64,000 nt of DNA. Source: a virus. Lineage: Duplodnaviria > Caudoviricetes. Of this stretch, positions 50,407 through 60,146 are shown piece after piece. Location: IMG/VR virus record IMGVR_UViG_3300020403_004398, positions 13,013 to 77,012 of that record; one strand, written 5' to 3'. The position numbers were made by a program, and so were the translations under genes. Each line of letters begins with the position of its first letter. Positions within the stretch are counted from its first letter, which is position 1. The notes under the pieces were generated by a model. It searched no databases. It worked only from the letters and a program-made list of their open reading frames with translations, and was not told where the DNA came from.

Positions 50407-50577
50407 ATGGAAATCACAAAAAGAAGATTAAAAGAAATCATTTCAGAAGAAATGGCTCTTTTAGCAGAGACCGGAGATATTAATATAATCTCAGAGGCTG
50501 AGAAAAAAGCATTTGCTATCATCCTCGAAAAACTTACACCAAAAGAGCTTGAAGAATTAGGTGTTAAAAGAATTTAG
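50407..50577 (+). CDS. Small hypothetical protein (MEITKRRLKEIISEE N-terminus)
   Basis: ATG at 50407 has an AGGAGA SD and an upstream ACTATTTA motif, so it is preferred over the TTG at 50386. Confidence 0.7.
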   Translation: MEITKRRLKEIISEEMALLAETGDINIISEAEKKAFAIILEKLTPKELEELGVKRI

Positions 50578-50606
50578 TTGACATCCCCTGTTAACCTTGA
50601 TATAGT
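50578..50606 (+). promoter_or_regulatory. Sigma70-like promoter TTGACA-N17-TATAGT upstream of the sbcD-sbcC fusion
   Basis: Perfect -35 (50578-83), 17-nt spacer and 5/6 -10 (50601-06), in an intergenic gap. Confidence 0.65.
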
Positions 50607-50636
50607 AAAGATACTATAACTATTTACGGAGAATAA

Positions 50637-53600
50637 ATGAGATTTGCTCATATTGCGGATACCCACATCCGAAATTTAAAATACCACTTTGAATACAAAG
50701 AGGTGTTTAAACAGCTGTATAAATCATTAAAAGAAGAAAAAGTCGACTATATTATCCATTGTGGAGACATCGCACACACAAAGACTCAAATATCGCCAGA
50801 GTTTGTAGATCTCTGTCGTGATTTTTTTGAAAATCTTAGCGCCATCGCGCCGACGTATATCATATTAGGCAATCATGACGGCAACTTAAGAAACGAAAGC
50901 AGGCAGGATGCTTTGTCTCCTATCGTAAAAGCGATAAATTCCCCAAATCTTGTACTAATTAAAAATGCAGGAGAGGTTAACTTAAAGGATAATTTCTGCT
51001 TGAACGTCCTGTCTGTTTTCGATGAAGATAATTGGATCGAGCCAACAAATAACGATGCCATTAATATAGCTCTTTATCATGGCGCAATCGATAGATCAAA
51101 AACAGACAGTAACTGGACACTCGGAGGAGATCATGATATTAGCATTTTTGATAGTTTTGACTTCGCTTTCCTTGGGGATATTCACAAGACCCAACAATTA
51201 GACACCGCTGGCCGCATCTGGTACGCCGGCTCAACGATTCAGCAGAACTTTGGCGAATCACTAGATAAGGGTTATTTACTGTGGGACATTGAAAGTAAAG
51301 ATAAGTTTACCAACAAACATGTAACTTTTATAAACCCAAAACCTTTTGTGACAATTACTTTGACAGAAAAGGGCAACCTGCCCAGACTAAAGCCACCCAT
51401 CGGCGCCAGACTAAGAATAGTTTCGGAAGATAATGTCTCTTTGGACAAAGTAAGAAAGGCTGTAGATGTAGTAAAGTACAGGTACAATCCCGAATCAGTA
51501 ACTTATTTAAATCGACTTGCTGGTCAACAGATCCGTGTCGAAGCGCCCGAAGGCTTGAGGCAGCAGGACTTAAGAGACATAAAAACGCAAGAATCTCTAA
51601 TGGAATCTTATCTAAAAGAATTTGAAGCATCACCTCAAGTACTAAACAAGGTTTATGAACTAAATCGAAAATACAACAAAGAAATAGAAGAATCCGAAGA
51701 TGTTTTAAGGAACATCAACTGGTCCCTTCAAAAGTTAGAATGGGACAATTTGTTTAACTATGGCGAACAAAATACCATAGACTTTAACAAGCTGGAAGGT
51801 ATCGTAGGCATATTTGGAAAGAATTACTCAGGCAAGTCTTCAATCGTTGATACTTTGCTTTATTCTATGTTTAACTCTACTTCTAAATCAATACGAAAAA
51901 ATTTAAACATAATAAACCAAAATAAAGAATCTTGTAGCGCTTCGGCGACAATAAAGGTTGACGGTGAAAACTACGTTATTCAACGAAAATCTGAAAAATA
52001 TATCAAAAGATTAAAAGGAGTGGAAACCCAAGAAGCTACAACTGATTTGGATTTCTTTAAGAAAGATGAGATAGGTAAAGAAACAGTCCTGAACGGCACA
52101 TCAAGACAAGGAACAGACACAAACATTAGAAAACACTTTGGAACAATAAATGACTTTTTGATGACATCAATGGCATCGCAGTTAGATTCATTATCCTTTA
52201 TAAACGAAGGGTCCACTAAGAGAAAGGAGCTTTTAGCCAAATTTTTAGATTTGCAGATTTTTGATAAAAAATTCAAAATGGCAAAAGAGGACTCTGCAGA
52301 GACTAAAGCAGCCCTAAAAAGGATCGAACATGTAAATTTTCCGTCTGAAATCGCGACGGTTGTAAAAGAGGTGACAAAAAATGAGCTTTCAATAGAAAGG
52401 AACAAGGCAATTTGTGTATCTTTAAAGGAGGAGATCTCTCAAATTTCTGACACCATCAAGGAAGTAAAATTAAAAATAAATTCAGTGCCAACTGAAATCA
52501 TAGACCCTGTTCTAACTTCGAGAGAAATAGAATTTAAAGAAAAAAAGGTTTTATCGACGATGTCAGGCAAAACAGAAAATCAAAAACGTCTAACAGAAAG
52601 CGAAGGAAAGTTCGAAAAGATCCAGCAGTTTCTTGCTGCGTTTGAAATAGATTCTTACCGCGAAAAGAAAAAGGAGATAGAAAGGCATGATGAGTTGCTG
52701 GGTTCGGCAATCAAGGAATTGAGACTTGAAAGTGAATCAAGGGATAGAAATTTAGAAAAAGAGAGCCTGCTTTCTCAGGTACCATGTGGGTCGGAATATC
52801 CAACCTGCAGGTTTATTAAAGATGCTCACCAGTCAGCAGAATTGGTTCAAATCTCTGAAAGAAAGATTGCAGACTTATCCAGAAAAATAAACTCAATTGG
52901 CCTGCACATGGCAGAGTTGAGCCCAAGTACAACAATTGATCATATCGAAAAGTATGAACTCTTGATAAAAAAGAAAAATGAATTAGCTAACGCTATTGCT
53001 TCATCAAAGTTGGCAATCGAGAGGGCGGATAATTTACTGTTCAAAGAACAGGTAGAACTTGCAGAACTCAAAAAGAAAAGTGAAGAGTATGAAGAAAACA
53101 AGGATGCTATCGAGAATTTAAAGCAACTCTTCTTAGAAAGAGATATTCTAACCAAAGAAAAAGAAGAGAAAGATATACAGTTGGTTGCTTGTGAGAACAG
53201 AATCATGTCTTTGCACAAGAAGCACGGATCTCTAGAGCAGAAGCTTGAACATATACAGGAACAAGAGCAAGAATACGAGTCTTTAAAGGAGGACTTTGCA
53301 GCTTATCATCTTTTTATGACGTGTTGCCACCCTAATGGTGTATCTTACGAGATCATCAAAAATAGATTACCTTTCATAAACCAGGAAATAGCAAAAATTT
53401 TAACAAATATTGTAGAGTTTGAAATTTTCATATCAAACAATGAAGATAAACTTGATATTTTTATAAAACACCCAAAGCACGATCCGCGCCCTCTAGAGAT
53501 GGGCTCCGGAGCAGAAAAGACAATAGCCAGCATGGCTTTGCGTCTCGCGTTTCTGACAGTGTCAAGTTTACCAAAGTCGGACCTGTTTATCCTAGACGAA

Positions 53601-53774
53601 CCAGGGACTGCTCTTGACGAAGAGAATATGGAGGGATTTGTGCGAATTCTTGATATGGTTAAGGGTTATTTCAAAACAGTGTTGCTTATTTCGCACCTTG
53701 ATAGTTTAAAAGATTGCGTAGATATGCAAATAAATATTGAACAAAGAGATGGTTACGCATATGTAAATGTGTAG
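50637..53774 (+). CDS. Fused SbcD (Mre11)-SbcC (Rad50) nuclease-ATPase, T4 gp47/gp46-like
   Basis: HIADTH, HCGD, LGNHD, LYHG, LGDIH phosphoesterase motifs, then GKNYSGKSS (Walker A), coiled coil, MGSGAEK signature, ILDEP (Walker B) and LISH, all in one ORF. Confidence 0.92.
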   Translation: MRFAHIADTHIRNLKYHFEYKEVFKQLYKSLKEEKVDYIIHCGDIAHTKTQISPEFVDLCRDFFENLSAIAPTYIILGNHDGNLRNESRQDALSPIVKAINSPNLVLIKNAGEVNLKDNFCLNVLSVFDEDNWIEPTNNDAINIALYHGAIDRSKTDSNWTLGGDHDISIFDSFDFAFLGDIHKTQQLDTAGRIWYAGSTIQQNFGESLDKGYLLWDIESKDKFTNKHVTFINPKPFVTITLTEKGNLPRLKPPIGARLRIVSEDNVSLDKVRKAVDVVKYRYNPESVTYLNRLAGQQIRVEAPEGLRQQDLRDIKTQESLMESYLKEFEASPQVLNKVYELNRKYNKEIEESEDVLRNINWSLQKLEWDNLFNYGEQNTIDFNKLEGIVGIFGKNYSGKSSIVDTLLYSMFNSTSKSIRKNLNIINQNKESCSASATIKVDGENYVIQRKSEKYIKRLKGVETQEATTDLDFFKKDEIGKETVLNGTSRQGTDTNIRKHFGTINDFLMTSMASQLDSLSFINEGSTKRKELLAKFLDLQIFDKKFKMAKEDSAETKAALKRIEHVNFPSEIATVVKEVTKNELSIERNKAICVSLKEEISQISDTIKEVKLKINSVPTEIIDPVLTSREIEFKEKKVLSTMSGKTENQKRLTESEGKFEKIQQFLAAFEIDSYREKKKEIERHDELLGSAIKELRLESESRDRNLEKESLLSQVPCGSEYPTCRFIKDAHQSAELVQISERKIADLSRKINSIGLHMAELSPSTTIDHIEKYELLIKKKNELANAIASSKLAIERADNLLFKEQVELAELKKKSEEYEENKDAIENLKQLFLERDILTKEKEEKDIQLVACENRIMSLHKKHGSLEQKLEHIQEQEQEYESLKEDFAAYHLFMTCCHPNGVSYEIIKNRLPFINQEIAKILTNIVEFEIFISNNEDKLDIFIKHPKHDPRPLEMGSGAEKTIASMALRLAFLTVSSLPKSDLFILDEPGTALDEENMEGFVRILDMVKGYFKTVLLISHLDSLKDCVDMQINIEQRDGYAYVNV

Positions 53775-53786
53775 GAGGAAAACACA

Positions 53787-53990
53787 ATGACAGAACAATT
53801 TAAGGCGTTTGCGGATAAATATACAGAAAAGTTTATATCTAGAAAGTTTCTAGCTTGGTTAACAGCTTCGGGCTTGTGCGCTTATGGTACTGTGACGAGC
53901 GATAATTGGACTGCTATAACTTTGGCGTACATTGGAACTCAAGCGCTGGTGGACATGGCAGTACAGTGGAAACACGGACCGAGACAATGA
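53787..53990 (+). CDS. Holin-like small membrane protein
   Basis: 67 aa with two hydrophobic segments after SRKF and a strong AGGAGG SD. Confidence 0.55.
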   Translation: MTEQFKAFADKYTEKFISRKFLAWLTASGLCAYGTVTSDNWTAITLAYIGTQALVDMAVQWKHGPRQ

Positions 53991-54391
53991 CTTGGCTAGT
54001 ATTCAAATCTAGTGCAAAAAAAGTTTGGGCATGGCTTAAGCACAATTGGAAAATTCCTCTGCTGGTTGCCTGGTCATTGGGAATTTATATTTTGTCTAGA
54101 AGAAACACTGAAGCAATTAAGGATGTGTTAGATAGCAACAAAAGGGCCCATAGAAAAGAAATCGAGTCCATTAACAGGTCCCACAAAGATGAAATTTTAA
54201 AATTAAAAAATCTCCAAAAAGAATATAAAGATACTATTCTTAAATTAGAAAAAAAGTTTGAAGAAGAAGATAGAAAATTATCTGAAAAACATGCTGAAGA
54301 TGTAAAAGAAATTGTGATAAAATCAAAAGGAAACCCTGAAGAGATTATACGAAAGATCGAAAATGACTTTGGAATTAAATTTAAAACATAA
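53987..54391 (+). CDS. Membrane-anchored coiled-coil protein (i-spanin-like)
   Basis: ATGA-coupled start at 53987, N-terminal TM segment (IPLLVAWSLGIYIL), charged coiled coil. Confidence 0.45.
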   Translation: MTWLVFKSSAKKVWAWLKHNWKIPLLVAWSLGIYILSRRNTEAIKDVLDSNKRAHRKEIESINRSHKDEILKLKNLQKEYKDTILKLEKKFEEEDRKLSEKHAEDVKEIVIKSKGNPEEIIRKIENDFGIKFKT

Positions 54392-54860
54392 GATTACAGC
54401 TTTTTTTCTTTTGATCTGCTATTCTACTGTTGCCCTTGCAGACCCGGAAGTAAATGGAGAGTTGATACCGCCCGGTGAAGCTATGCACGTCACCGACTCT
54501 TCAATTTTGCGGCAGTTAAACCTTGGACCAGACGATGAGCCTGTCTGGTGTTATTCTAATTTAGCAAACTCCCTAATTATATCATCCGCGGATCGAGAAA
54601 AAGAAAAGTGCAACCTCAAACTAAAACAAGAACTAGAAAAGTCTAAAATAAATTACACACTTGAAATAGATCAATTAAAGATACAATTAGAAAGCTTAAG
54701 CAAAAAACATGAAGAAATATTGGCTATAAAAAATAGGCAAATAGAAGATTTAACTCAAGCGGCCTTGAAACGTCCAAACGATTATTCAATTTGGTGGGCC
54801 ACTGGCGGAGTGGCAGTTGGAGTCCTGGCAACTTTGGCAGTTGTGTTTTCGGTGAAATAA
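54363..54860 (+). CDS. Exported coiled-coil protein with signal peptide and C-terminal TM helix
   Basis: FFLLICYSTVALA|D signal-like segment and a C-terminal WWATGGVAVGVLATLAVVF segment. Confidence 0.45.
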   Translation: MTLELNLKHKITAFFLLICYSTVALADPEVNGELIPPGEAMHVTDSSILRQLNLGPDDEPVWCYSNLANSLIISSADREKEKCNLKLKQELEKSKINYTLEIDQLKIQLESLSKKHEEILAIKNRQIEDLTQAALKRPNDYSIWWATGGVAVGVLATLAVVFSVK

Positions 54861-55193
54861 ATGAAAAAAGATTTAAACGAAATAGCAAGAATAGAAAAAG
54901 CAATAAAAGAGAAATACGGGGAAGAAGCGATACAAAACCCCAAAGGATTATGGACTGAGGAAAAAGAAAAGAAATATCTTTCAGATCTAAAGATCTTTTA
55001 TAACGGTAAAGAAAAGAAAAGAAAGTCGTTGGAACCTTCTCCTGATCGCACGTGCCCAGTTTGTGGTACTTATTCATTCTCTGTTAAAGATGATCTGTAC
55101 ATGAACAAGTTTGAATGTTGCTTTGAGTGCTACATTCAATACGTGGAAGACCGAGAAGAACGTTGGAAAACAGGCTGGAGACCAAACAAATAA
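54861..55193 (+). CDS. Hypothetical protein with Cys cluster (probable Zn binding)
   Basis: CPVC...ECCFEC motif. Confidence 0.65.
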   Translation: MKKDLNEIARIEKAIKEKYGEEAIQNPKGLWTEEKEKKYLSDLKIFYNGKEKKRKSLEPSPDRTCPVCGTYSFSVKDDLYMNKFECCFECYIQYVEDREERWKTGWRPNK

Positions 55194-55220
55194 CTATTTA
55201 TTATTAGCAAACTATTTATT
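55192..55220 (+). promoter_or_regulatory. Tandem putative late-promoter motifs AACTATTTATT x2
   Basis: Two identical 11-mers 18 nt apart in the gap before the terminase operon. Confidence 0.55.
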
Positions 55221-55237
55221 GCAGAGGAATTTAAAAC

Positions 55238-55723
55238 ATGTCAACAACTTTAGAAATTATTGATTGCATCTCTCAGGTGCTTGCGAATACTTACGACGGT
55301 GCCCTCGACGAAAGCGGGGAGCCAGTAAAGATTGGGCTAAGAAGAGAGGAAGGAAACCCGTTGGTTGATCACAGGGTCATGGACGGCTTCGGAGCCTCAG
55401 TGAGTGGCAATCGGCTACACATCAAGTATCATGCGGAGATACCCCTGAAGGAAGTTCATTCAAATGGCTTTGAGGGTGAGATGGAAACAATGGTAGAGAA
55501 GATAAAATCTTTTATTCAAAAAGAATATAAAAAAATAAAAAAGAATTCGCTAACACTTTCTGAGCCAAGTGAAGTTGATGTGCTTGTTGAATATATATCG
55601 CGTCTCCGCTGCAGCGTCAAGGTGCACAAATGCTACAGAATCAGCTCAGTGCCTGTCGAGCCCGAAAAAGAAATAGACCCAGCTTTTGAAAAGATGAACA
55701 AACTCGGCGGACTCAAATCTTAG
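55238..55723 (+). CDS. Hypothetical protein (late gene)
   Basis: 161-aa ORF with GAGG SD and tandem ACTATTTA motifs upstream. Confidence 0.7.
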   Translation: MSTTLEIIDCISQVLANTYDGALDESGEPVKIGLRREEGNPLVDHRVMDGFGASVSGNRLHIKYHAEIPLKEVHSNGFEGEMETMVEKIKSFIQKEYKKIKKNSLTLSEPSEVDVLVEYISRLRCSVKVHKCYRISSVPVEPEKEIDPAFEKMNKLGGLKS

Positions 55724-55735
55724 GTCGAGGCCCTG

Positions 55736-57322
55736 ATGTCGATAAAGCTAACCAAACAAGAAATAATGAAAGAAATTGTCCGTTGTGGCAAAAAGCCAGG
55801 ATATTTCATAAACACTTACGCAAAAATAACTCACCCCATGAAAGGCCTCATACCTTTCCATCTATATAAGTTTCAAGAAAACTTGTTAGAAAGTTTTGAA
55901 GATCATAGATTTAACGTAATTTTAAAAGCTAGGCAGTTAGGGATCTCTACCATAACCGCAGCGTATGTTGCTTGGATGATGATGTTCCACCGAGAAAAAA
56001 ACGTGCTTGTTATTGCAACCAAGTTTACTACTGCCGCAAATTTAGTAAAAAAAGTAAAAGCAATAATAAAAAACCTCCCTTCTTGGTTAAGAATTTCGGA
56101 AGTAGAGATAGACAACAGAACAAGCTTTGTTTTGTCAAATGGTTCACAAATAAAGGCTTCTTCAACCTCTGGCGATGCTGGGCGTTCCGAGGCGTTATCT
56201 TTGCTGGTTATCGACGAGGCAGCCCATGTCGCTGAGCTGGACGATCTTTGGGTGGGCTTGTACCCCACGCTATCAACCGGCGGCCGCTGTATTGCTTTGT
56301 CCACCCCAAATGGCGTGGGTAATTGGTTTCACAAAACATACACTGAAGCGGAGGCAAAATCAAATGATTTCTTCCCAACAAAACTCCCTTGGGATTTGCA
56401 CCCTGATAGAGACCAAGCCTGGTTCGAAAAAGAGACCAGAAACATGTCAAGAAGAGAGATAGCCCAGGAGCTTGAATGCAACTTTAACATGTCGGGAGAA
56501 ACTGTATTCTCCCCAGAAGACATGGAAGTTTACTTGAATATGATAAAGAGTCCCAAGCACAGAACGGGTTTTGATAGGAATTTGTGGATCTGGGAAGAGA
56601 GAGAACCTCAAAGTAGTTATCTGATTTCTGCAGATGTCGCTCGCGGCGATGGTCGCGACTATTCAGTATGTCTTGTGTTTAAGGTGGAGACGATGGAGAT
56701 CGTCGCGGAATATAGAGGCAAATGTACACCAGATGTGTTCTCAAGGGTGTTGTTTGACGTAGGGCAAGAATATGGCAACGGCCTTCTCATAGTGGAAAAC
56801 AACTCAGTTGGCTTTGCGGTGCTTGACAAACTAAAAGAAATGAGGTACCCTAACCTATACCACTCTATTAAATCAACACACGAGTTTGTAGAAGAGTACC
56901 AAGCAGATAATATGTCAAACGCTGTTGCCGGTTTCACCACCACTTCTAAAACTCGGCCACTAATCATAGCTAAGATGGAAGAATTCATTCGAAACAACCT
57001 AATTAAAGTGTATTCTTCTCGTCTAATGGCAGAAATGAAAACGTTTATATGGTCAAACGGTAGAGCTGAAGCAATGAGATCTTATAATGACGATTTAATA
57101 ATGGCTTGTGCAGTGGGGTGTTGGGTTCGAGACACTGCCTTGGCAACAAACCAGAGAGATATGGAATATTCAAAGGCGTTTATAGGGTCTATTACTCGGA
57201 GCACCAACGAACTTGACACAAGAATCAATGGTATGATCGGCGCCCAAAAAATAAAACTTAAGGACAGTGCAAACAAGCACAAAAACACACTAGAACAATT
57301 CCCTTGGCTGTTAAAAGGATAA
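55736..57322 (+). CDS. terL: Terminase large subunit (T4 gp17-like)
   Basis: LKARQLGIST (Walker A), LVIDEAAH (Walker B), LSTPNG, QELEC, ADVARGDGRDYS and NDDLIMA motifs. Confidence 0.95.
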   Translation: MSIKLTKQEIMKEIVRCGKKPGYFINTYAKITHPMKGLIPFHLYKFQENLLESFEDHRFNVILKARQLGISTITAAYVAWMMMFHREKNVLVIATKFTTAANLVKKVKAIIKNLPSWLRISEVEIDNRTSFVLSNGSQIKASSTSGDAGRSEALSLLVIDEAAHVAELDDLWVGLYPTLSTGGRCIALSTPNGVGNWFHKTYTEAEAKSNDFFPTKLPWDLHPDRDQAWFEKETRNMSRREIAQELECNFNMSGETVFSPEDMEVYLNMIKSPKHRTGFDRNLWIWEEREPQSSYLISADVARGDGRDYSVCLVFKVETMEIVAEYRGKCTPDVFSRVLFDVGQEYGNGLLIVENNSVGFAVLDKLKEMRYPNLYHSIKSTHEFVEEYQADNMSNAVAGFTTTSKTRPLIIAKMEEFIRNNLIKVYSSRLMAEMKTFIWSNGRAEAMRSYNDDLIMACAVGCWVRDTALATNQRDMEYSKAFIGSITRSTNELDTRINGMIGAQKIKLKDSANKHKNTLEQFPWLLKG

Positions 57323-57325
57323 AAA

Positions 57326-59335
57326 ATGTCAAAAAGTAAAAGTAAAAATAACACAAGAAATCCTCAAAGTATTTTATTTAGAAGGTTAACAAAGCTCCTT
57401 TCAGGGCCGCTCACGCAATATAGAACGCAAAATCAGCACCGATTAAGAAGAATAGATCTAGATAAGTACTCCTCGAAGTTTACTTCAACGTCAGGCAAAG
57501 ATTTTAAAAAGACTGCTTATACTCCATATGATAATCTACAAGCCAAAGTTATGGCCGCTGGCCAACGCGCAGAACGCTACGTAGATTTTGATCAGATGGA
57601 ATACACGCCCGAGATTGCTTCTGCGTTAGATATCTATGCTGACGAAATGACTACACACTCGGCAATAACGCCAATGTTAAGAGTCAATTGTGAAAACGAG
57701 GAAATAAAGGCGATCTTGGAATCTCTATACTCTAGCGTATTAAACATAGAGCACAATCTTTTCGCCTGGTGCCGCACAATGTGCAAGTACGGTGACTTTT
57801 TCCTTTATCTTGATCTTGACGAAACTTTAGGTATAACTTCTGTTATTGGTCTACCAACCCCAGAAATAGAAAGAATGGAGGGAGAAGATCGCACAAACCC
57901 AAATTATGTACAATTTCAGTGGAATTCCGCCGGTCTAACATTGGAAAATTGGCAAGTCGGCCACTTTCGAATTTTAGGCCAAGACAAATACAATCCTTAC
58001 GGCACTTCTGTGCTAGAGGCCTCTCGACGCATTTGGCGTCAGTTGACTCTTATCGAAGATGCTATGATGGCATATCGAATAGTGAGGTCCCCGGAGCGCC
58101 GAGCTTTCTACGTCGACGTTGGAAACATACCACCACAAGACGTAGAACAGTACATGCAAAAAGTAATGTCTTCAATGAAGAGAAATCAAGTTATTGATCC
58201 AGATACTGGAAGAGTAGATTTAAGATACAACCCTCTTTCGATAGAAGAAGACTACTTCATACCTGTCCGAGGCCAAACAGCCACGAAAATAGATACGGTC
58301 TCTGGAGGCAAGTACACGGGAGATATCGATGACGTTAAATATTTAAGAGATAAGTTGTTTTCAGCACTTAAGATACCTCCTTCTTATATCTCAAGCGATG
58401 CAGAACAGGCTGCGGAGGATAAAACAACTTTAGCACAAAAGGACGTTAGATTTGCCAGAACGATCCAGAGGCTGCAAAGATCTATAATAACAGAGTTAGA
58501 AAAAATTGGAATAATACACTTATATACTCTGGGCTACAGGGATGAGGATCTGGTAGGTTTTACCTGTCACCTCAATAACCCTTCAAAAATTGCAGAGATG
58601 CAAGAATTGGAGCACTGGAAGACTAAATTTGACATTGTGGGATCAGCCACTGAAGGCTTTTTCTCAAAGCAGTGGCTCGCTTCTAAGCTTTTTGGTATGT
58701 CTGACGAAGAGTTTGTTAGAAACAGAAGAGAAATGTTCTATGACAAGAGATTTGAAGCTGCCCTCGAAGCCGCGGCCGAAGCAGAACAAGCGGAAGCAAC
58801 CGCTGGTATCAATGCGGGAGTAGACGATGCAGGAATATTGCCTGGAGACACTGGTGAGCCCGGCGGCGCTGGATTTGTCGGAACTGAGCCAGAGATTGCA
58901 GGCCCTGATGCTCCACCAGCATCCCCTGATGCTGCCGCGCCGGCCACTTCCCCCGCGGGCCCCGAGGATGGAGACTTACTCGCAGCGCCACCCGCAGGCA
59001 AACGCGAGGACTCAAAAGGGAGGACTACGACGGCAAAATCTCATGGATGGTATGAGCCCCGGGGCCTTAAGGCGGGCGGGGATAGAAGAAAATCCTCGGG
59101 TCCCAGAAAGAAGAACTTAACCCGTGCAGCCTCACCAGAGACAGGAACCTCCAGAAAGTTATATCCTGGATATGATAGCCTGACTGGTTTAGCTCGCGGT
59201 ACGAGTATTTACGAGCAAGAAGAGACTAATTATAAAACAGAAGAGATAAAAATCCTGAAAGAACAGAAAGAACTGGATATTTTATTTAACAGCTTAAAAG
59301 CAAGGGATGAAAAAAATGAGACTGAAACACAATAA
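57326..59335 (+). CDS. Portal protein (T4 gp20-like) with long low-complexity C-terminal extension
   Basis: PEIASALDIYADE, WRQLTLIEDAM..YRI.RSPERR.FYVDVGN, EDYFIPVRG and DVRFARTIQRLQ motifs. Confidence 0.92.
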   Translation: MSKSKSKNNTRNPQSILFRRLTKLLSGPLTQYRTQNQHRLRRIDLDKYSSKFTSTSGKDFKKTAYTPYDNLQAKVMAAGQRAERYVDFDQMEYTPEIASALDIYADEMTTHSAITPMLRVNCENEEIKAILESLYSSVLNIEHNLFAWCRTMCKYGDFFLYLDLDETLGITSVIGLPTPEIERMEGEDRTNPNYVQFQWNSAGLTLENWQVGHFRILGQDKYNPYGTSVLEASRRIWRQLTLIEDAMMAYRIVRSPERRAFYVDVGNIPPQDVEQYMQKVMSSMKRNQVIDPDTGRVDLRYNPLSIEEDYFIPVRGQTATKIDTVSGGKYTGDIDDVKYLRDKLFSALKIPPSYISSDAEQAAEDKTTLAQKDVRFARTIQRLQRSIITELEKIGIIHLYTLGYRDEDLVGFTCHLNNPSKIAEMQELEHWKTKFDIVGSATEGFFSKQWLASKLFGMSDEEFVRNRREMFYDKRFEAALEAAAEAEQAEATAGINAGVDDAGILPGDTGEPGGAGFVGTEPEIAGPDAPPASPDAAAPATSPAGPEDGDLLAAPPAGKREDSKGRTTTAKSHGWYEPRGLKAGGDRRKSSGPRKKNLTRAASPETGTSRKLYPGYDSLTGLARGTSIYEQEETNYKTEEIKILKEQKELDILFNSLKARDEKNETETQ

Positions 59336-60146
59336 AAAGAGAAATACTGCTTTTGTTTATGAGACTTTGGTGAGAGAACTTACTGAATCAGTGATAAGAA
59401 ACAACAAAAACAAGCAAAATAAGATTGTTTCCATTATTAAGGAACATTTTTCTCAAAATTCTACTCTAAAAGAAGAACTAGAGCTGTATAAGTCAATATA
59501 CGAAACAAGACACGTAGAAAAGAAGTTGGCAGAAAAAATAGTGTTTCAGGTTAAAGAGAAGCACGAATGTCTGGACAAGAAAAGGCTCTTTAAAGAACAG
59601 TCTGCCCTGATAAGCAAGATAAACCGAACACTTTCGAACAAGGTGTACAATAATTTTGTTCCCAATTACAAAACCATAGCATCGGTTTATTCTATTTTTC
59701 AAGAAAAACTACCAGTAAAGGACCGAGTATTGCTAGAAGAGAATATAGTTGAACAAATGTCAGCGTCTGCAGAAACAGCAGAAGAGCAGAAGCCAATGGA
59801 CTCTATTATTTACAATACTTTTGTTAATAAGTTTAACGAAGAATATTCTAGCTCCCTTTCAGAATCGCAAAAAACTCTCTTGGGTCACTACATTTCTTCT
59901 TTTTCGGACAATGGGGTGGAGATGAAAGTGTATCTCAATGAGGAAGTGGGGAGGCTCAAGTCTGCACTTAAGTCAGCGAAAAGCAAAACGTCAATCGCTA
60001 CCGACGTCACACTCAAAGACAAAATAGAAGAAGTCTACAATATACTGGATAACACTAAAAATAGAGAAATAGACACGGAGACTCTTGAGATCGTGTTAAG
60101 CACTCAACAATTGTTGGAAGAAATAGAAGATGACGGTAACACTTGA
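59307..60146 (+). CDS. Conserved hypothetical head-module protein
   Basis: 279 aa, KHNKKRNTAFVYETLVREL N-terminus; start could be 59316. Confidence 0.65.
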   Translation: MKKMRLKHNKKRNTAFVYETLVRELTESVIRNNKNKQNKIVSIIKEHFSQNSTLKEELELYKSIYETRHVEKKLAEKIVFQVKEKHECLDKKRLFKEQSALISKINRTLSNKVYNNFVPNYKTIASVYSIFQEKLPVKDRVLLEENIVEQMSASAETAEEQKPMDSIIYNTFVNKFNEEYSSSLSESQKTLLGHYISSFSDNGVEMKVYLNEEVGRLKSALKSAKSKTSIATDVTLKDKIEEVYNILDNTKNREIDTETLEIVLSTQQLLEEIEDDGNT

